Program-made: the position numbers and the translations under genes
The notes under the pieces: model-generated
What the model saw: only the letters and a program-made list of their open reading frames with translations
The model's database searches: none
What the model was told of the DNA's origin: nothing
Origin: Lytechinus pictus
Taxonomy: Eukaryota
NCBI RefSeq assembly: GCF_037042905.1
Contig: NC_087262.1
Span: forward strand, 16,182,001 to 16,246,000
Length of the DNA stretch: 64,000 nt
Reading direction: 5' to 3'
Shown: positions 48,001 through 59,712 of the stretch, in pieces
How the letters are laid out: every line of letters starts with the position of its first letter
How positions within the stretch are numbered: position 1 is the stretch's first letter

Positions 48001-51000
48001 TGTATGATATGTACAATGTACTGTACATACATACTGCACTGCATAAATGCATTGGCCACCATGACAGATAACAAGGCTTGTATAAACTATAGTGTCATAG
48101 AAATGAGCTCTCAGGTTTAGAATTAGATGCCTCAGAAATTGAAGATATGTTTTGTCTCAGAAATTGAGGACATGTTTTGTCAAATATGCTAATTCAGGGG
48201 GCGGAGAGAGGTAATTTACACTGTAGCTATTCTGGGCCCCGTTGCATAAAAAATTACCATTATGTTAACTTAACTTAATGGTAACTTGCATGCAATCCTT
48301 TATTCTGATTGGCTGTTGATCAGCGTTACCATGATACTAGTAGTTACCTGACCCCATAAACATAGGCCAGTTAGACACCAGAACCAGGTTTTAAAAAAAG
48401 CCTCCAAATGAAGAAGATATGGCTAAAAATGTGATGTACGTATATATGTATGTATGTGTAATTTACGTTGCTGGTTTCACCATGTACATCAGCTGACAAG
48501 GAATCAAATTCACAATCTAATTCTAAACCTTTGAAGCTCATTTCTATGACACTATAGTTTATGTACAGGCCTTGTCATAATTATGCCATGGTGGTCAATG
48601 CATGGATATATGCAGTGTAGTATGTACAGTGCATTGTACACCGTATAGCCCCTATGGATAAATGACATTTTCTTTTATTTGATAAGATATATTTCACAAA
48701 TATCCGTCAAACCCAAAGTGGAGGAATAAAAGCAATATAGCTATATGAAGCTGCTTGCTATTGTTGACCTCGTACCATCTAATATCCCAGAACCCCAGGA
48801 TGATAAAACCTACTTTTTGGCTGAAAAAGGGCTACAAAAATGGGAAAATTTAGGTATAATTACCTTTTAACTCTACAAATAATGGTTTAAAAGTACTAAT
48901 TATAGGAAAAACAAATTGCCTGCCCCCCAAAACATATGAATAGACACCAAAACCAGAGAAATTGACCACCAAATAAAAAAGTTGTGGCCAAAACTGTGAT
49001 TTTGGGGGGTTTTGGCGGCCATTTTGGATTTTGGCCCGGCACACTTTTTTCTCGGACCCGAGACAAAAAATATTGTCATTTCATGCTGAGATAAGGTAAA
49101 AGGAACACAAAAAAACTGTTGCCATAGTAAAACCAAAAATCACCCATTTATAGCCCACTCCTAATTAATAATAGCATATTTAATATTATTTCAGAGCTTT
49201 ATATAATTATACATTTTTAACATTCCAAATCTTACTTCTTCTCTCACAGAGTGCTTAAATTGTGGAAAGAATGACAAAAAGAGGTAGTCTTGGCTCCTTT
49301 AATAAACTCCTTCAAGAACGGACTAGACAAACACTGGAAAATCCACTTACATTCTTTAGTGCCAAAGGAGAGAAATACTCAATTTGAAATTATGAAGTTG
49401 TATTTCCATTCTTCCATTATCGCAACAAAACATGACAGACTAATAGATATCCCAGATAGCAATGCTACCTTGCAACTACCACAGTAGGCAAAGACATTGA
49501 CATAACTTGAACGCCATTACTCCATTCACATATTGCAGAAATTTTCAAGCTCAGGTATAAATAAGAAGCAAGCATTCCTGCCCTACTTACTGTTATCGAC
49601 AGGCTCCTCCACGGGGGCCTGCTTCTCCACCTCCACCTGCTCCACCTGATGGTTCTCTTCAGGAGGCGGAGTAGGAGGCCCGACAGGCTGCAGGTTGAGG
49701 GAAGGATCTTCCATCTCCATCTGAGGCTCCGGTGAGAAGCTTTCTACCTCCGGCGCCGCAGTCTTGATGGGGGTATCTTCAGGCGACTCTGGATGAGTTG
49801 ACCCATTGCTGTCAGGGGAGGAAAGACACAAGAAGATTACGTGGCTTGTCAAATGGTTCATTGAACCGAAGATCGACCATCAGAAGTGTACAAAACATTT
49901 TCTATTTATCTTTGGTTTTAAATTTAGTTCAATCCAACAAATGTAGAGTGCAGCATCACTTTGCAGTTTTGCTATTAGGAAGGTCCACTCGATACTATTA
50001 TGGTAACTTTGCCATACAATGGTAACAACCATGGTAACACTGATCACCAACCAAACAAAATCAAGTATTCCAGACAAGTAACCATTTGATGGCAAGGTTA
50101 CCATAATGGTAACTTTCATGCAGTGGGGCCCTGGTCAGAAAAACTACTCCATCTTTGATATGGGAGGTTGGCTTATGAAGCCTCTACAAGCTGTAGTTGT
50201 AGTTATTGTACTTATTTGCAGTTACTTCAACCGTACAGAATATATTGTGACATGGTCTTACCTCACAGGAGGCTGGGGCTCATAGTAAGATGGAGTAACC
50301 TGGGGTTGCGGGGGTGGTTCCTTAGGGATGATGGCCAGTTCTGGGGTGGTGATCCTCTGCTGCTGTTCTGCAACCATGCGGATCTCCTCACGACCACCAT
50401 CAGAATCACCTACATTGTACACAAGAAAAATAGTTCTGGTTGGAAAATTTGTCCTAGGCGTTGATGCAATAACGAGGAATGCTTGAATTTGTGACCTTTG
50501 TGCTCTACATCTCAAATCTCATAACTTCAATAACACATGCTCATATAGACTACCCACCATCCAAAGTTTGGTTAAATCACTTTGTAGCATTTTTGTGACC
50601 CCCTAACCTTCAGATTGGGGACATCAAAAAATGGCACTGAGCCTCACTGAAAATGGACCTGAGAACATATCAACCAAATTTAGGCATGCACAACCAAATG
50701 AACACTCAATAACTTATAAGCAAATATTCTCTAAATGGAAGATATACTAGAGGTTCCATTGCCTCGTTCATTCACAGAACCATGAACAAAACCACAGGGA
50801 ATAATTTTCCTGGTACATTATCGCAAGTTGCTCCACATTTCTCAATGACACACAAAATGCTACGCAAAGTTTTTTCTATGTAACAATTTTTTTTACACAG
50901 GACTGTACAAAACATTGTTTAGTTAATGCCTTCCTCTTGCAAACAGAAATGCAAATCGAGTTTGAGGGGTAAAATTATCCCCTGGAACCAACCACAGTTT

Positions 51001-54000
51001 GTCTAAATAATGTCATGAAAACCACCAAGAGGGCTGTAGCATGCAGGAGAAATCCCACACTGATCCTGTACTTTCCAATCCCTATTGACTTACATTCAAC
51101 AGGGAGCTCGGGTTCACTCTCCGTCTCGTCATCCTGGAACACCTCGTCCTGGTAGCGGAAGATGTCGTTTCGCACAAAGTATTTCTTCGCTGCCTGGGGC
51201 GCCAGCACGAAGGTCTGCATGAAGCGGCGCATGGGCTCCCCATTATTGGATAGCTCTCCAGTCACCTGCACGACGACACCTTCCCCTACCGTGCCGTGGC
51301 TGTCGACCTGCCGGATCTTGGCATGACAGTCACGGAAGTTCAGTGACACGATCTTAGCATGGATGGCCTGCAACAAGTGGACAAGTAAATGAGATTATTA
51401 TACCACTGAATTAATGTATGCTTCAAACTCGTTCTTAAACTAAATGGTAAATCACCTTAAATCTCCGTCCACACTAGACCTGACACTTGACATCCTTTTT
51501 TTTTTTTTAAACAGTGGTTCTTTACCCAGAATCAAAATGATTTGAACACATCTCATCAAATCAAACAAGCTAGACAGAAAATTCATCAAAAAAGGATAAG
51601 ACAGCTTTTGGGATTAAAGTCTCGCCATACATTATTTGGGAAATTGAAATGGAAGTGAGTGAGCCGAGGTCATAGGCTCACTCGTTTGTATTTATTTCAT
51701 TTCCAACATGTGAAAGATAATAAACACACCTCCTGGCCATAAACAGGATCCTCCGGGTTCCCATCAGGGTCTACTCCTCCATGCACGAATGATGATGCAT
51801 TCGTGTAGAACCTACATGGAAAAGACAAGACACACAGAAACAATTTATGTATTAATGTTGGTGACTAGCTAAGCAAAGTCGATCAAGACCACAGCATTGT
51901 CATGGCCTATTCAGTCACCCTGTCACTAAGAAAACATTGCTGATTTCCATGACAACCATTTAAAGTAAAATAACACACCATAACATGATCATATGACACA
52001 TTCTTTTCAAGGTAGAGGATTATGAACAAGACAACAGGAGGCCATTCTCAGGTTTTCTAAACAAATATAACCCATCAATCTACACTGGAAAAGAAAACTG
52101 ATATTAGACTAAGGATACTAGGCTAAGGAGGCAACCCAAGTAAAAACTATTAATATTATGAATCATCTGAACATCACATACATGCATTGCAGGGGCAGGA
52201 ATGCAGGGGGTACCACCCCCCCCCCCCTTAAAGATGTGAAAAGAGGTAAGGGGGAATTGGACTAACCAAAATAGACGTTTGAGTTGTCTAACTTTAATAC
52301 CCATATTAAACAAATAACAATAAAATGACCAGGGCCCTGTTGTATAAAAGTTACTATCATAGTAACTTTGCTATCAAATGGAAACTACCCTGAAATCCTT
52401 GATTCTGACTGGCTATTGAGTATTGTTACCATGGTAGTTACCATTGGAAGGCAAAGCTACCATAGTAACTTTTGTGCAATGGGGCCCAGATCATCAGTAC
52501 TCTTGTATGACCAAAATAGAAAGTTGATCCATCTGACAGTTCTCCTGTTAATATATAACAGGACAGGCAACCTTTTCAACACTTTTCCAGAAACCTTGGT
52601 CGGGTGGACATGAACCCCCCCCCCCCCAAAAAAAAAAAAAAAACTCCACACACCTCACCTAAGGATCAACATCTCAATATAATAATGAACCAGCAACAAG
52701 TATTTTGCTAGTCATATTGCAAAATTTCAATGCAAAGAATAACAATCTTTTATTACCTGCAAAGAAATTTATCACAAAATAGTTCAAAACATGATTCTCC
52801 AATTAATTTACACAGAACTCTTTTATATTTACTGCTCCCAAATTTCGGAATTCCCTTCCCCTGAATACGAGAGAGAGCTTAACAGTCAGACTGCAGGTCC
52901 CAAGAAAGAGGCTTCTTTCATCCAAGTGATATTCATGACTTGAGATGTTTTGCATATTTAATGAGCTTGATGCGGACCAAAACACCTCTTTTCATTCGGT
53001 CATTGCTGCTCTAATTATGCATCGAATTTCATGAATTTGGTACCATTGTAAAGAAGAAGAATCATTCTTTCAGGTCATGTGTTTGGATTTATTCAAAGAT
53101 TTTGTAAAATAGGTTAAAATTTTGATCTAAAATATGCTACAAAATAAATATTTTCACCTGACAAAAGCTGCTATTTTCACACTTTATTTTTGTTTGAGCC
53201 CAAATGATTTTTATATCATGATAAAGCTGAATATGTATGCTTTGAAATGATATAGGTTTCAAAATAAGAATTGGTTTAATCGGGTCAAGATCACACTTTT
53301 CATTTGCCAAGTACATAAAGCAGCTTGAAAACAAGTATACTGCACTCTGATTGGTCAAAAAGACCACACAATGGCAAATTCCAACGGTTCCAGTGCCTGG
53401 GTTCGTGGGAAGGTCACACTTCCCATGTGGTAATCTCCTCAAATACCCCGCGCCTGTTGTTCTGTGAACCTTATCCAGCCAATCAGAACTCTGGATTTCA
53501 TGCAAGTACAAAATTTCAGAAATCTCGTCTTGTACCTTGGTGGGAAAAGTGTGATCTTGACCCGATTAAAAGGTGCCGCATATCAAGAGTGGCATTGTGA
53601 GAAAGTACAGAAGTTTAGCTTTATGGTGATATAGATATCATTGAGGCTCAAAATAAAAAGTTTTGCACAATTTGCAAAAGAAAACAGAGGAAGAAAATTC
53701 AGTTTTGAGGCACAATTTCAGGCCAGAAATGTACTTATTTAACAAAATATTGTATACAAAATAAATGACCAATATGAAAGAGTAACTTTTACTCTATCTG
53801 ATGGTGCAATAATATTTCATTTAACTTGAGGTTAAAACAGGTAAATTCTTAGAGAAAGAAAATCTCACGAATCACGAGATTTTGCAAGGAGGAGGATTCA
53901 GCCACGAGATGATTTGGATGAATCTGGCCTTTTTGCTCATTAGCATAGGGACCTGCGGTCTGACTGTTAAGTATAGGTACATTTAAATTTAAAGTTAAAA

Positions 54001-55210
54001 AATCACTACTTGCCTCCTACTCACTAATCCTACAGATCCCACCTCCCACCGACCCCTTTCCCCCACTCCCATTTCCTTATTTGTCTTTTCCTTATCGTTA
54101 TTTGTATCTTATACTTTCTCCTTGCCCCCCGTCCATTGTTCTTTTTTCCATCTGTGACCATGCATTTATCTTCCACACTTTCAGCGATTATCCTCCTATT
54201 TACGTTCCTTTGATTTGAATGATCATTTACAAAGTTCACATTATATTACGTTATTTACATTATTTTTGTATTCAAGAGATCAGCGTCCAACAAGCCAAGC
54301 TTCTCAGCTGGTCTCTCTTTTTATTTCACCCCTTTCTTTTTATTTTAACACACACGCGAATACTCATACTTTTTAGAATGTTTAGCTTTATAAAATGATG
54401 ATATAAATATTGTATTTTGTTCGTATAATTTACATTACCCAATTTTTGCAAATGTAAGGTCATTACTTTTGTTCATTTTTGTTTGTAATTGTATTTATTT
54501 TTTATTTATTTGTGAAAAATGGAAAGAAAAGAAATGGAATAAATCAATTCAAATTCAAATTAAAAGTAACGAACCTCTTAAATTTTTTTTTTTAAATTGT
54601 CTTTTGGGGGTTTATTACCATTCAGATTGCACAAAATCTTTTATTTCCTCTTTATTACCAACTACAACGTTGATTGTTTTGTCTCCTTGTAAATTGAACA
54701 GCAGTATTTGTAGAGCTCGAAAAGGAAGACTTTTATTAGAAAAAAGTGCATTTCTAAATCCAACCTTTAATGCATACAGTGACACGATATATGTACATAA
54801 AGAACCCCCATTATAACCATTGCCTACATTAAACCTTTACTATTATATGTCCAATTGGCACAAAAAATGGAATTTACATTTGAATCCCAAATGACATAAA
54901 ATTTCATGTTCTAATATATTTACAAATACAATGCAATCAAAGCCTTTTGAAAATATAATTCCATTGCTCATTCTATCTTGTCCCTTAATGAAAACAAATA
55001 TCAGCCTGACAATTACCTATGCAAGTGTTTGGGCGCCTTGTTGAGTAGAGTGTAGTATTGTCGCACAAACTCTCTTCCTACTGACTGGGGGGTGACGTTG
55101 TTGACGGGGGCAGTAGGGTTGGGTCCTTGAGCAGAGTTTGGCGGGTTTGTAGGAGCCGCTGTGGCCGGAGCAGGCTGAGGCGCAGCCGGAGGATTGGTGG
55201 CCATTACCAT
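44831..55210 (-). CDS. G3BP: Ras GTPase-activating protein-binding protein (G3BP1/2, Rasputin ortholog), 567 aa; exons 55210-55017, 51811-51730, 51367-51094, 50409-50262, 49808-49591, 47346-47261, 46442-46082, 45702-45578, 45046-44831
   Basis: NTF2-like domain ([14 protein letters not shown]...[11 protein letters not shown]...[11 protein letters not shown]), acidic/Pro-rich IDR, KTFSWA motif, RRM (QLFVGNLP; YFGFIVF; RLNVEEKK), RGG tail. All splice phases consistent; total 1704 nt. Confidence 0.96.
45578..45702 (-). CDS. G3BP: G3BP exon 8 (RRM RNP1)
   Basis: [41 protein letters not shown]. Confidence 0.94.
46082..46442 (-). CDS. G3BP: G3BP exon 7
   Basis: SQVVAPKP...[26 protein letters not shown]. 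Confidence 0.93.
46659..46808. repeat. Tandem duplication, ~75-bp unit x2
   Basis: TTTTGTAGCAATTTACAACGGTCCAGTTTAATATAAGCAAAATAGAAAGATACAA...TCAATCTTAAAATGAAT repeated. Confidence 0.9.
46871..47110 (+). mobile_element. 5'-truncated tRNA-derived SINE
   Basis: GGTTCAAATCC B box, CCAAGGTGTAGCAAATGGGTACCCGG core, (ATT)n tail. Confidence 0.75.
47261..47346 (-). CDS. G3BP: G3BP exon 6
   Basis: [13 protein letters not shown]...MAAP; donor GTGAGT. Confidence 0.9.
47463..49161. mobile_element. Foldback-type element with ~650-bp TIRs, TA-flanked
   Basis: TA|GGAGTGGGCTATA ... TATAGCCCACTCC|TA; mirrored identical ORFs 47591..47785(+) and 48850..49044(-). Confidence 0.88.
49235..49440 (+). mobile_element. 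CR1-like LINE 3' fragment
   Basis: Degenerate translation FSHRV..LW....[19 protein letters not shown], typical of the CR1 ORF2 C-terminus. Confidence 0.7.
49591..49808 (-). CDS. G3BP: G3BP exon 5
   Basis: [13 protein letters not shown]...PVEEPVDN; donor GTAAGT. Confidence 0.88.
50262..50409 (-). CDS. G3BP: G3BP exon 4
   Basis: [11 protein letters not shown]...YYEPQPPV; phase 1 in, phase 2 out, matching both neighbours. Confidence 0.85.
51094..51367 (-). CDS. G3BP: G3BP exon 3
   Basis: [24 protein letters not shown]...[25 protein letters not shown]. Confidence 0.95.
51730..51811 (-). CDS. G3BP: G3BP exon 2
   Basis: [27 protein letters not shown]. Confidence 0.94.
52333..52486. mobile_element. 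PIF/Harbinger-like MITE, TSD CAG
   Basis: CAG|GGCCCTGTTGTATAAAAGTTAC ... GTAACTTTTGTGCAATGGGGCC|CAG. Confidence 0.75.
52810..54562 (+). mobile_element. CR1/L2-like LINE 3' fragment split by the 1084-bp element
   Basis: FIFTAPKF(R)NSLPLN.RESL|[14 protein letters not shown] reads across the insertion; 3' stem GAGATCAGC...GCTGGTCTC, AATAAA and (AATTCA)n tail. Confidence 0.65.
52883..53966. mobile_element. Second copy (opposite orientation) of the 1084-bp CAG...CTG element, TSD TTAA
   Basis: TTAA at 52879-52882 and 53967-53970; roughly 10 substitutions versus 11255-12338 (counted by eye). Confidence 0.92.
55017..55210 (-). CDS. G3BP: G3BP coding exon 1
   Basis: MVMATNPP...[21 protein letters not shown]; acceptor AG at 55221-55222; donor GTAATT. 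Confidence 0.93.
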
Positions 55211-55699
55211 GACTGTACCACTGCAGAAAATATGAAAAGTAAAATAATATATTTGTACCTGTACATGTATATAACTTATCACACAAGTTGTTATCACTGA
55301 AAGAAAACAATCATAAGAGAAACATGTTGTGAGATAATGAATGAAAAGGTTCAAATAACAAGAGGGGGGGGGGGGTACGTGGGCGAGGTGAGGGGGAAGG
55401 GATTTGCAATCCTCTCAATTATTTATCATCAGCTCTTATCAAATTTTATAACATGGGGTCATTTGGAGGGCAGGGATTCCACATGTAGCTGTATGGGATA
55501 TCATTTACCACATGAGAGGACAGGGCAACAGATTGTTCACAGATTCAAGACAACATGTATTGATCAGTATGTATAATGTACATGTACAGAAATGAGTATC
55601 AAATGTGTACTCAATTAATTTGAATGAGTTTAGTTTCAATGTAAACAATGTACTTCATTGAAAAAATGAATTGGAAATTCAGTATTTTTTCATTAATTA

Positions 55700-56179
55700 T
55701 GAAAAATATCAATTTTCCATATTTCCTTGAAATTGTTTATTAGTTGGAAACTACTGGAAAAAAAAAAAAATTTACCTCTTTCTTTACTCTGATAAATCGT
55801 ACTATGATGTTACACTCAGTAAATATTGTAACCCACATGTAGACTTTCATGGTGTTGACTGAGTGTATTAAAACGATCACAACTATGAAACGTTTTCAGT
55901 TAATGTTGCAACATTATGATAGTCTATATTATTTACCGAGTGTAACATAAAACAATTTTTTAAAGTCAAGAAGGAGGTGAATATTCTTATTTTCTTGATA
56001 AGTTTCCAACTAAATCAAAACAATTTCAAGGAAATATGGAAAAAATTTGCCATTTCATGGATTTAAAAATGCAAAATATGACATTTTAGCAACTTTTAGT
56101 GAATGTTTATTGTTACCTCTGTAAACACCCGTATATAGCGTTTTAACTTTTTTCTCCAAAATAAACAGTCTTATGACTC
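55700..56179. mobile_element. Long-TIR palindromic MITE; related copy at ~16570-17015 in the putative UBE2D 3'UTR
   Basis: Shared CCCACATGTA(G/A)ACTTTCATG core and GAGGTGAATATTCTT...AATCAAAACAATTTCAAGGAA arms. Confidence 0.65.
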
Positions 56180-57599
56180 AGGCCCAATTTTAACTAAAAA
56201 TGTTCTAGCAAGTTCATCAATATTTTGCAAGATCTATGGAAAGAAAATAATTGATTTCCAATTTGAAAAATAAAGCTCATTTATGATATAGTGCAGCAAG
56301 CTCAGCAACACTTTTTGAACAAGTTGAAAAAATTTGCCCCACTTACATGTGCATGTATGCTTAAATAAATGCATTGCATATTAGTCTTTAGAATTGTCAA
56401 AAGTTGCGTAAACAAACTACAATGACTCATTTTTCCTTGAGCATCCAATGAAGATGAAAGTGCACTATAGAAATCTAATGTCTTAATAATATTATTATTA
56501 TTATCATTATTATTAACACCATTATCACCATCATCATTTTTAGGCCCTATAGATTTATTGTGACATCAAGAGCCATGCTGGCTAATGTCATAAATTTGTC
56601 ATTTCCCTGGCCCATGAAGCTCTGGAGTTTGCAACTTTCAAACTTTAATTAATATTCCTTGGTCGCCCATTTTGCTTTTTTTTTGCCTGACTGTAGCTTC
56701 GAGAATGAATGCCCCTTTCCCACCAAGATAAGCCCAATTTCAAACAGCATGCATTGAGTATACATGGCATACATGAATTTCAGTCACACTGAATATTGTG
56801 AGTGTGGCTTGTTTCTTGCATTTTCTTTCAATGCTATGTCATTACTCAGACACTAAGGTTTGTTTCTTTGAAATAGAATAGGCCTAAAATAGAACACAAT
56901 TTTGCAAATGTGTCAACAAACATGAACTTCTGCTTTTGCAGCTGAGCATGTCATGTGTGTTTGCATCTTGTAGGGTAGAGCCTTGCATTCCACTGACTAC
57001 AGAAATAACCCCAATCAAGTTATATTCCTCAAATTCTTTAAAGTTAACTTGGACACCAATCTTTAAAAAAAAATCCATGAAAAATGTGGAAAAGCAACAT
57101 ACATTGTAGAGGCTTTTACTAAAGCTATTCTTTTAAAGATCACCATCAAATTTTTAAAAGAGGAAAGTCTGAGATTTGTTTCATTTAAAAATGAATATCC
57201 AAGCCTGACAAAATGATGGTATCTAAGTTAAGCAAATTAAAAAAACTACAGACTGCAAAGAGTCAAATGCACTGTTTGAAGTTGACTGCAGGGATTAAAT
57301 TAATCCAAGGCCGTTGAAGGCCATGGCCTCGGAAGCCCACTTGACTAGCTTCTTCTTTGACTGGCTTTGTTACATGTACATGTAATGGCAACCAATCAGA
57401 GTTGACAATTTCTGTTTTAAACAATTATTTTCAATAGATTCTTTCATATTCTTCAAGGGTTTTTTTTCCCTTCATTTTCTTTTCTTTTCAATACCCCAGG
57501 CCCTCTTATTGGCCTTGATTGGAGATTTTTATGAGCATTTTTCCCCCATACTGTTACATGGATAAGTGCCTTCTAAACAGTGTCCTTACCCTAAGATTA

Positions 57600-58236
57600 G
57601 CGCGTTTTCGCCCAGCGTCGTACGACGTAGAACGTAAGGGTCGTGTGCAAAAATCGCCAACTTCCATGGAAACAGAGGCCCGAGCGTTCTTGAGCTCAAA
57701 TCACGGACGGTTCTTCCGCAAATTAGCGGGCGTCCGCATTAGAACGTAGGATTTGTCAACAGCCGTCAACAGCCAATCAGATCGCTTGTAGAGCGAGCAA
57801 GCTGAGCCGATGTAAACACATTCGCCCATCGCGTGCATGCACATGTTGTACTCTACTCTGACTACACTGATAGCTGAAAGCTTCAAAACATGGACTCGAA
57901 TGCGAGTTTTTCGGTGAGTACCATTTCAATTATACTAAAATCAAGCTAAGTATAATTTCAAAATGTTACAGTAGAAGTTTAAACGAGTATGATTATTGAA
58001 ATATGATTGAAAAGCCGTTGCATGGCTCGGTCGACGACGCGACTGCAAGACACGTGGCACTGCCAGTTGTGTGCACATAGTAGGAACATATACAATGCAT
58101 ATGTTGGCGGTCGATCCGGCCGCGTTCAGCGATTTGCGAAACTGCTTACAAGCGAGAGTTGAGCGCGACGGACGCACGAACCAAGAGATCGTTCTACGTC
58201 GTAGATAGCGTCGTACGACGCTGGGCGAAAACGCGC
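57600..58236. mobile_element. CpG-rich TIR element, TA-flanked
   Basis: Perfect 28-bp TIR GCGCGTTTTCGCCCAGCGTCGTACGACG / CGTCGTACGACGCTGGGCGAAAACGCGC, TA on each side. Confidence 0.85.
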
Positions 58237-58627
58237 TATTAAACGTTAAGGCCTGGGATGATGGGAATGCCTGTCTGCCACTGGATTTGTCATGATTCAA
58301 CCAAGATAAAATAATGGAAACTGAATCTGCACATCCTGCATGTGCCATGTAGCAAAGTCAACAGCTCCTGTACACATTTACGATTTCACCCCACCATGGA
58401 TCAACATTGGACAATGATCGGCAAGGGATGTCAAATTAAATGTTTGAAACAGAATTTCTAAGCAACAGAACATTTTCTATCACAATCATTTTGCACAAAA
58501 GTTCTAGAACGATTGAAGGCGATACCATCTTCCGAATGTCTGGGCTGTATCCTAATCATTGATCAAAACATCAAATCTGATCGCTAAAGCTGCAGTCGGT
58601 AGCAAAAAAAAATCCTTGGTTGATTAA

Positions 58628-59198
58628 AGGGGAAGGTCACCATGACAAAAAGTTTATTTTAAAAATAGCAGAAAAATAATCAAAAATATTGGTGATGGTT
58701 TGAGGAAAATGCTTCAAAGATCTAAAAAGTTATTAGAATTTGTTTTTTCTTATTTGTGACCACTCACACGTATTGCGAGGTTAGTATACTAACCTCGCAC
58801 CATGAACCGCGTTTGGCAGTGAATTTCGAACTAGTGGGTCGCGCGTGCTGCGATCCCACTTCTGGTGTCCACAACACAAGACTTCTATGGCTTGATTTTT
58901 CTGTGCACGGCGGCATGTAATGAACCCTTGAGTGATTTGTGACAAACGCGAGCAGCTTCCTATGTATCGTGATTTTAAAATCAGTGAAATGTCATTTGCT
59001 CAAAAAGTTGAAAATGGGTTTTATTGTATAACGTGTCGCATTGCCAATGGAGGATCTCCATAGCATTAGTGATCGCAATATTCAAATGCTCATAACTTTC
59101 TTATTATTTGTCCGACTTTTCTCAAACTTTCTTTGATATTATTCTTTGATTTTTCTGTTTCCACAAAAGCCAACTTGTTCCAAAGGTTTCATTCCCCT
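58628..59198. mobile_element. Kolobok-like MITE with a nested 174-bp element
   Basis: TTAA|AGGGGAAGGTCACC ... GGTTTCATTCCCCT. Confidence 0.7.
58761..58934. mobile_element. 174-bp MULE-like element, 9-bp TSD ATTTGTGAC
   Basis: CACTCA...TGAGTG termini; TSD at 58752-58760 and 58935-58943; related fragment at ~1129-1250. Confidence 0.8.
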
Positions 59199-59260
59199 TT
59201 GATAAATTAGAATTTATGTATGTACATGAATGGCCTGGGCAGCTGCTGGTAGAATCCTAC

Positions 59261-59712
59261 AGTAGAGGCGCACGGCCAATATGGGAGACTCTCTCCAATA
59301 GGGGAGACAATCTCCCACATTGGAGACTTGCTTTGCAAAAGGACAAAAGAAACAACACCAACAAAAGTATGATTTTTTCCACCAAAAATTTTGTCTCACT
59401 GAGGTCAGAAGCCCATTTGTTTTGTGTGTGATTGACAACAAAATTCCTTATCAAAATAAAACTTAAAAGTAGACGGTGAATTTTTAAAGTAGATGGTGAA
59501 AAGGGGTAATTTTTCATGAGGAATCTGCTTATCACATTTTTATTTGCCGCCAAGGTAATCCTTTTGCAGCAAATGTAAACAAAGGAAATTGGACTCCAAA
59601 ACTGGAGACTGTCTCTGAAATTGGATACCCAAATTCTTTACAAAAGTCTCTGATATTGGAGATAATCTCCCACATTGGAGACAGTCTCCAATATTGGCCG
59701 TGCGCCTCTACT
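59261..59712. mobile_element. MITE with AGTAGAGGCGCACGGCCAATAT TIRs
   Basis: ~30-bp TIRs and internal TTGGAGAC/TCTCCAAT repeats. Confidence 0.8.

Noticed and set aside
47591-49044. Identical 64-aa ORFs on opposite strands
   Set aside because: They are a by-product of the long TIRs and show no coding signature.
57941-58348. 135-aa ORF in the CpG-rich element
   Set aside because: It crosses the TIR boundary and shows no transposase features.
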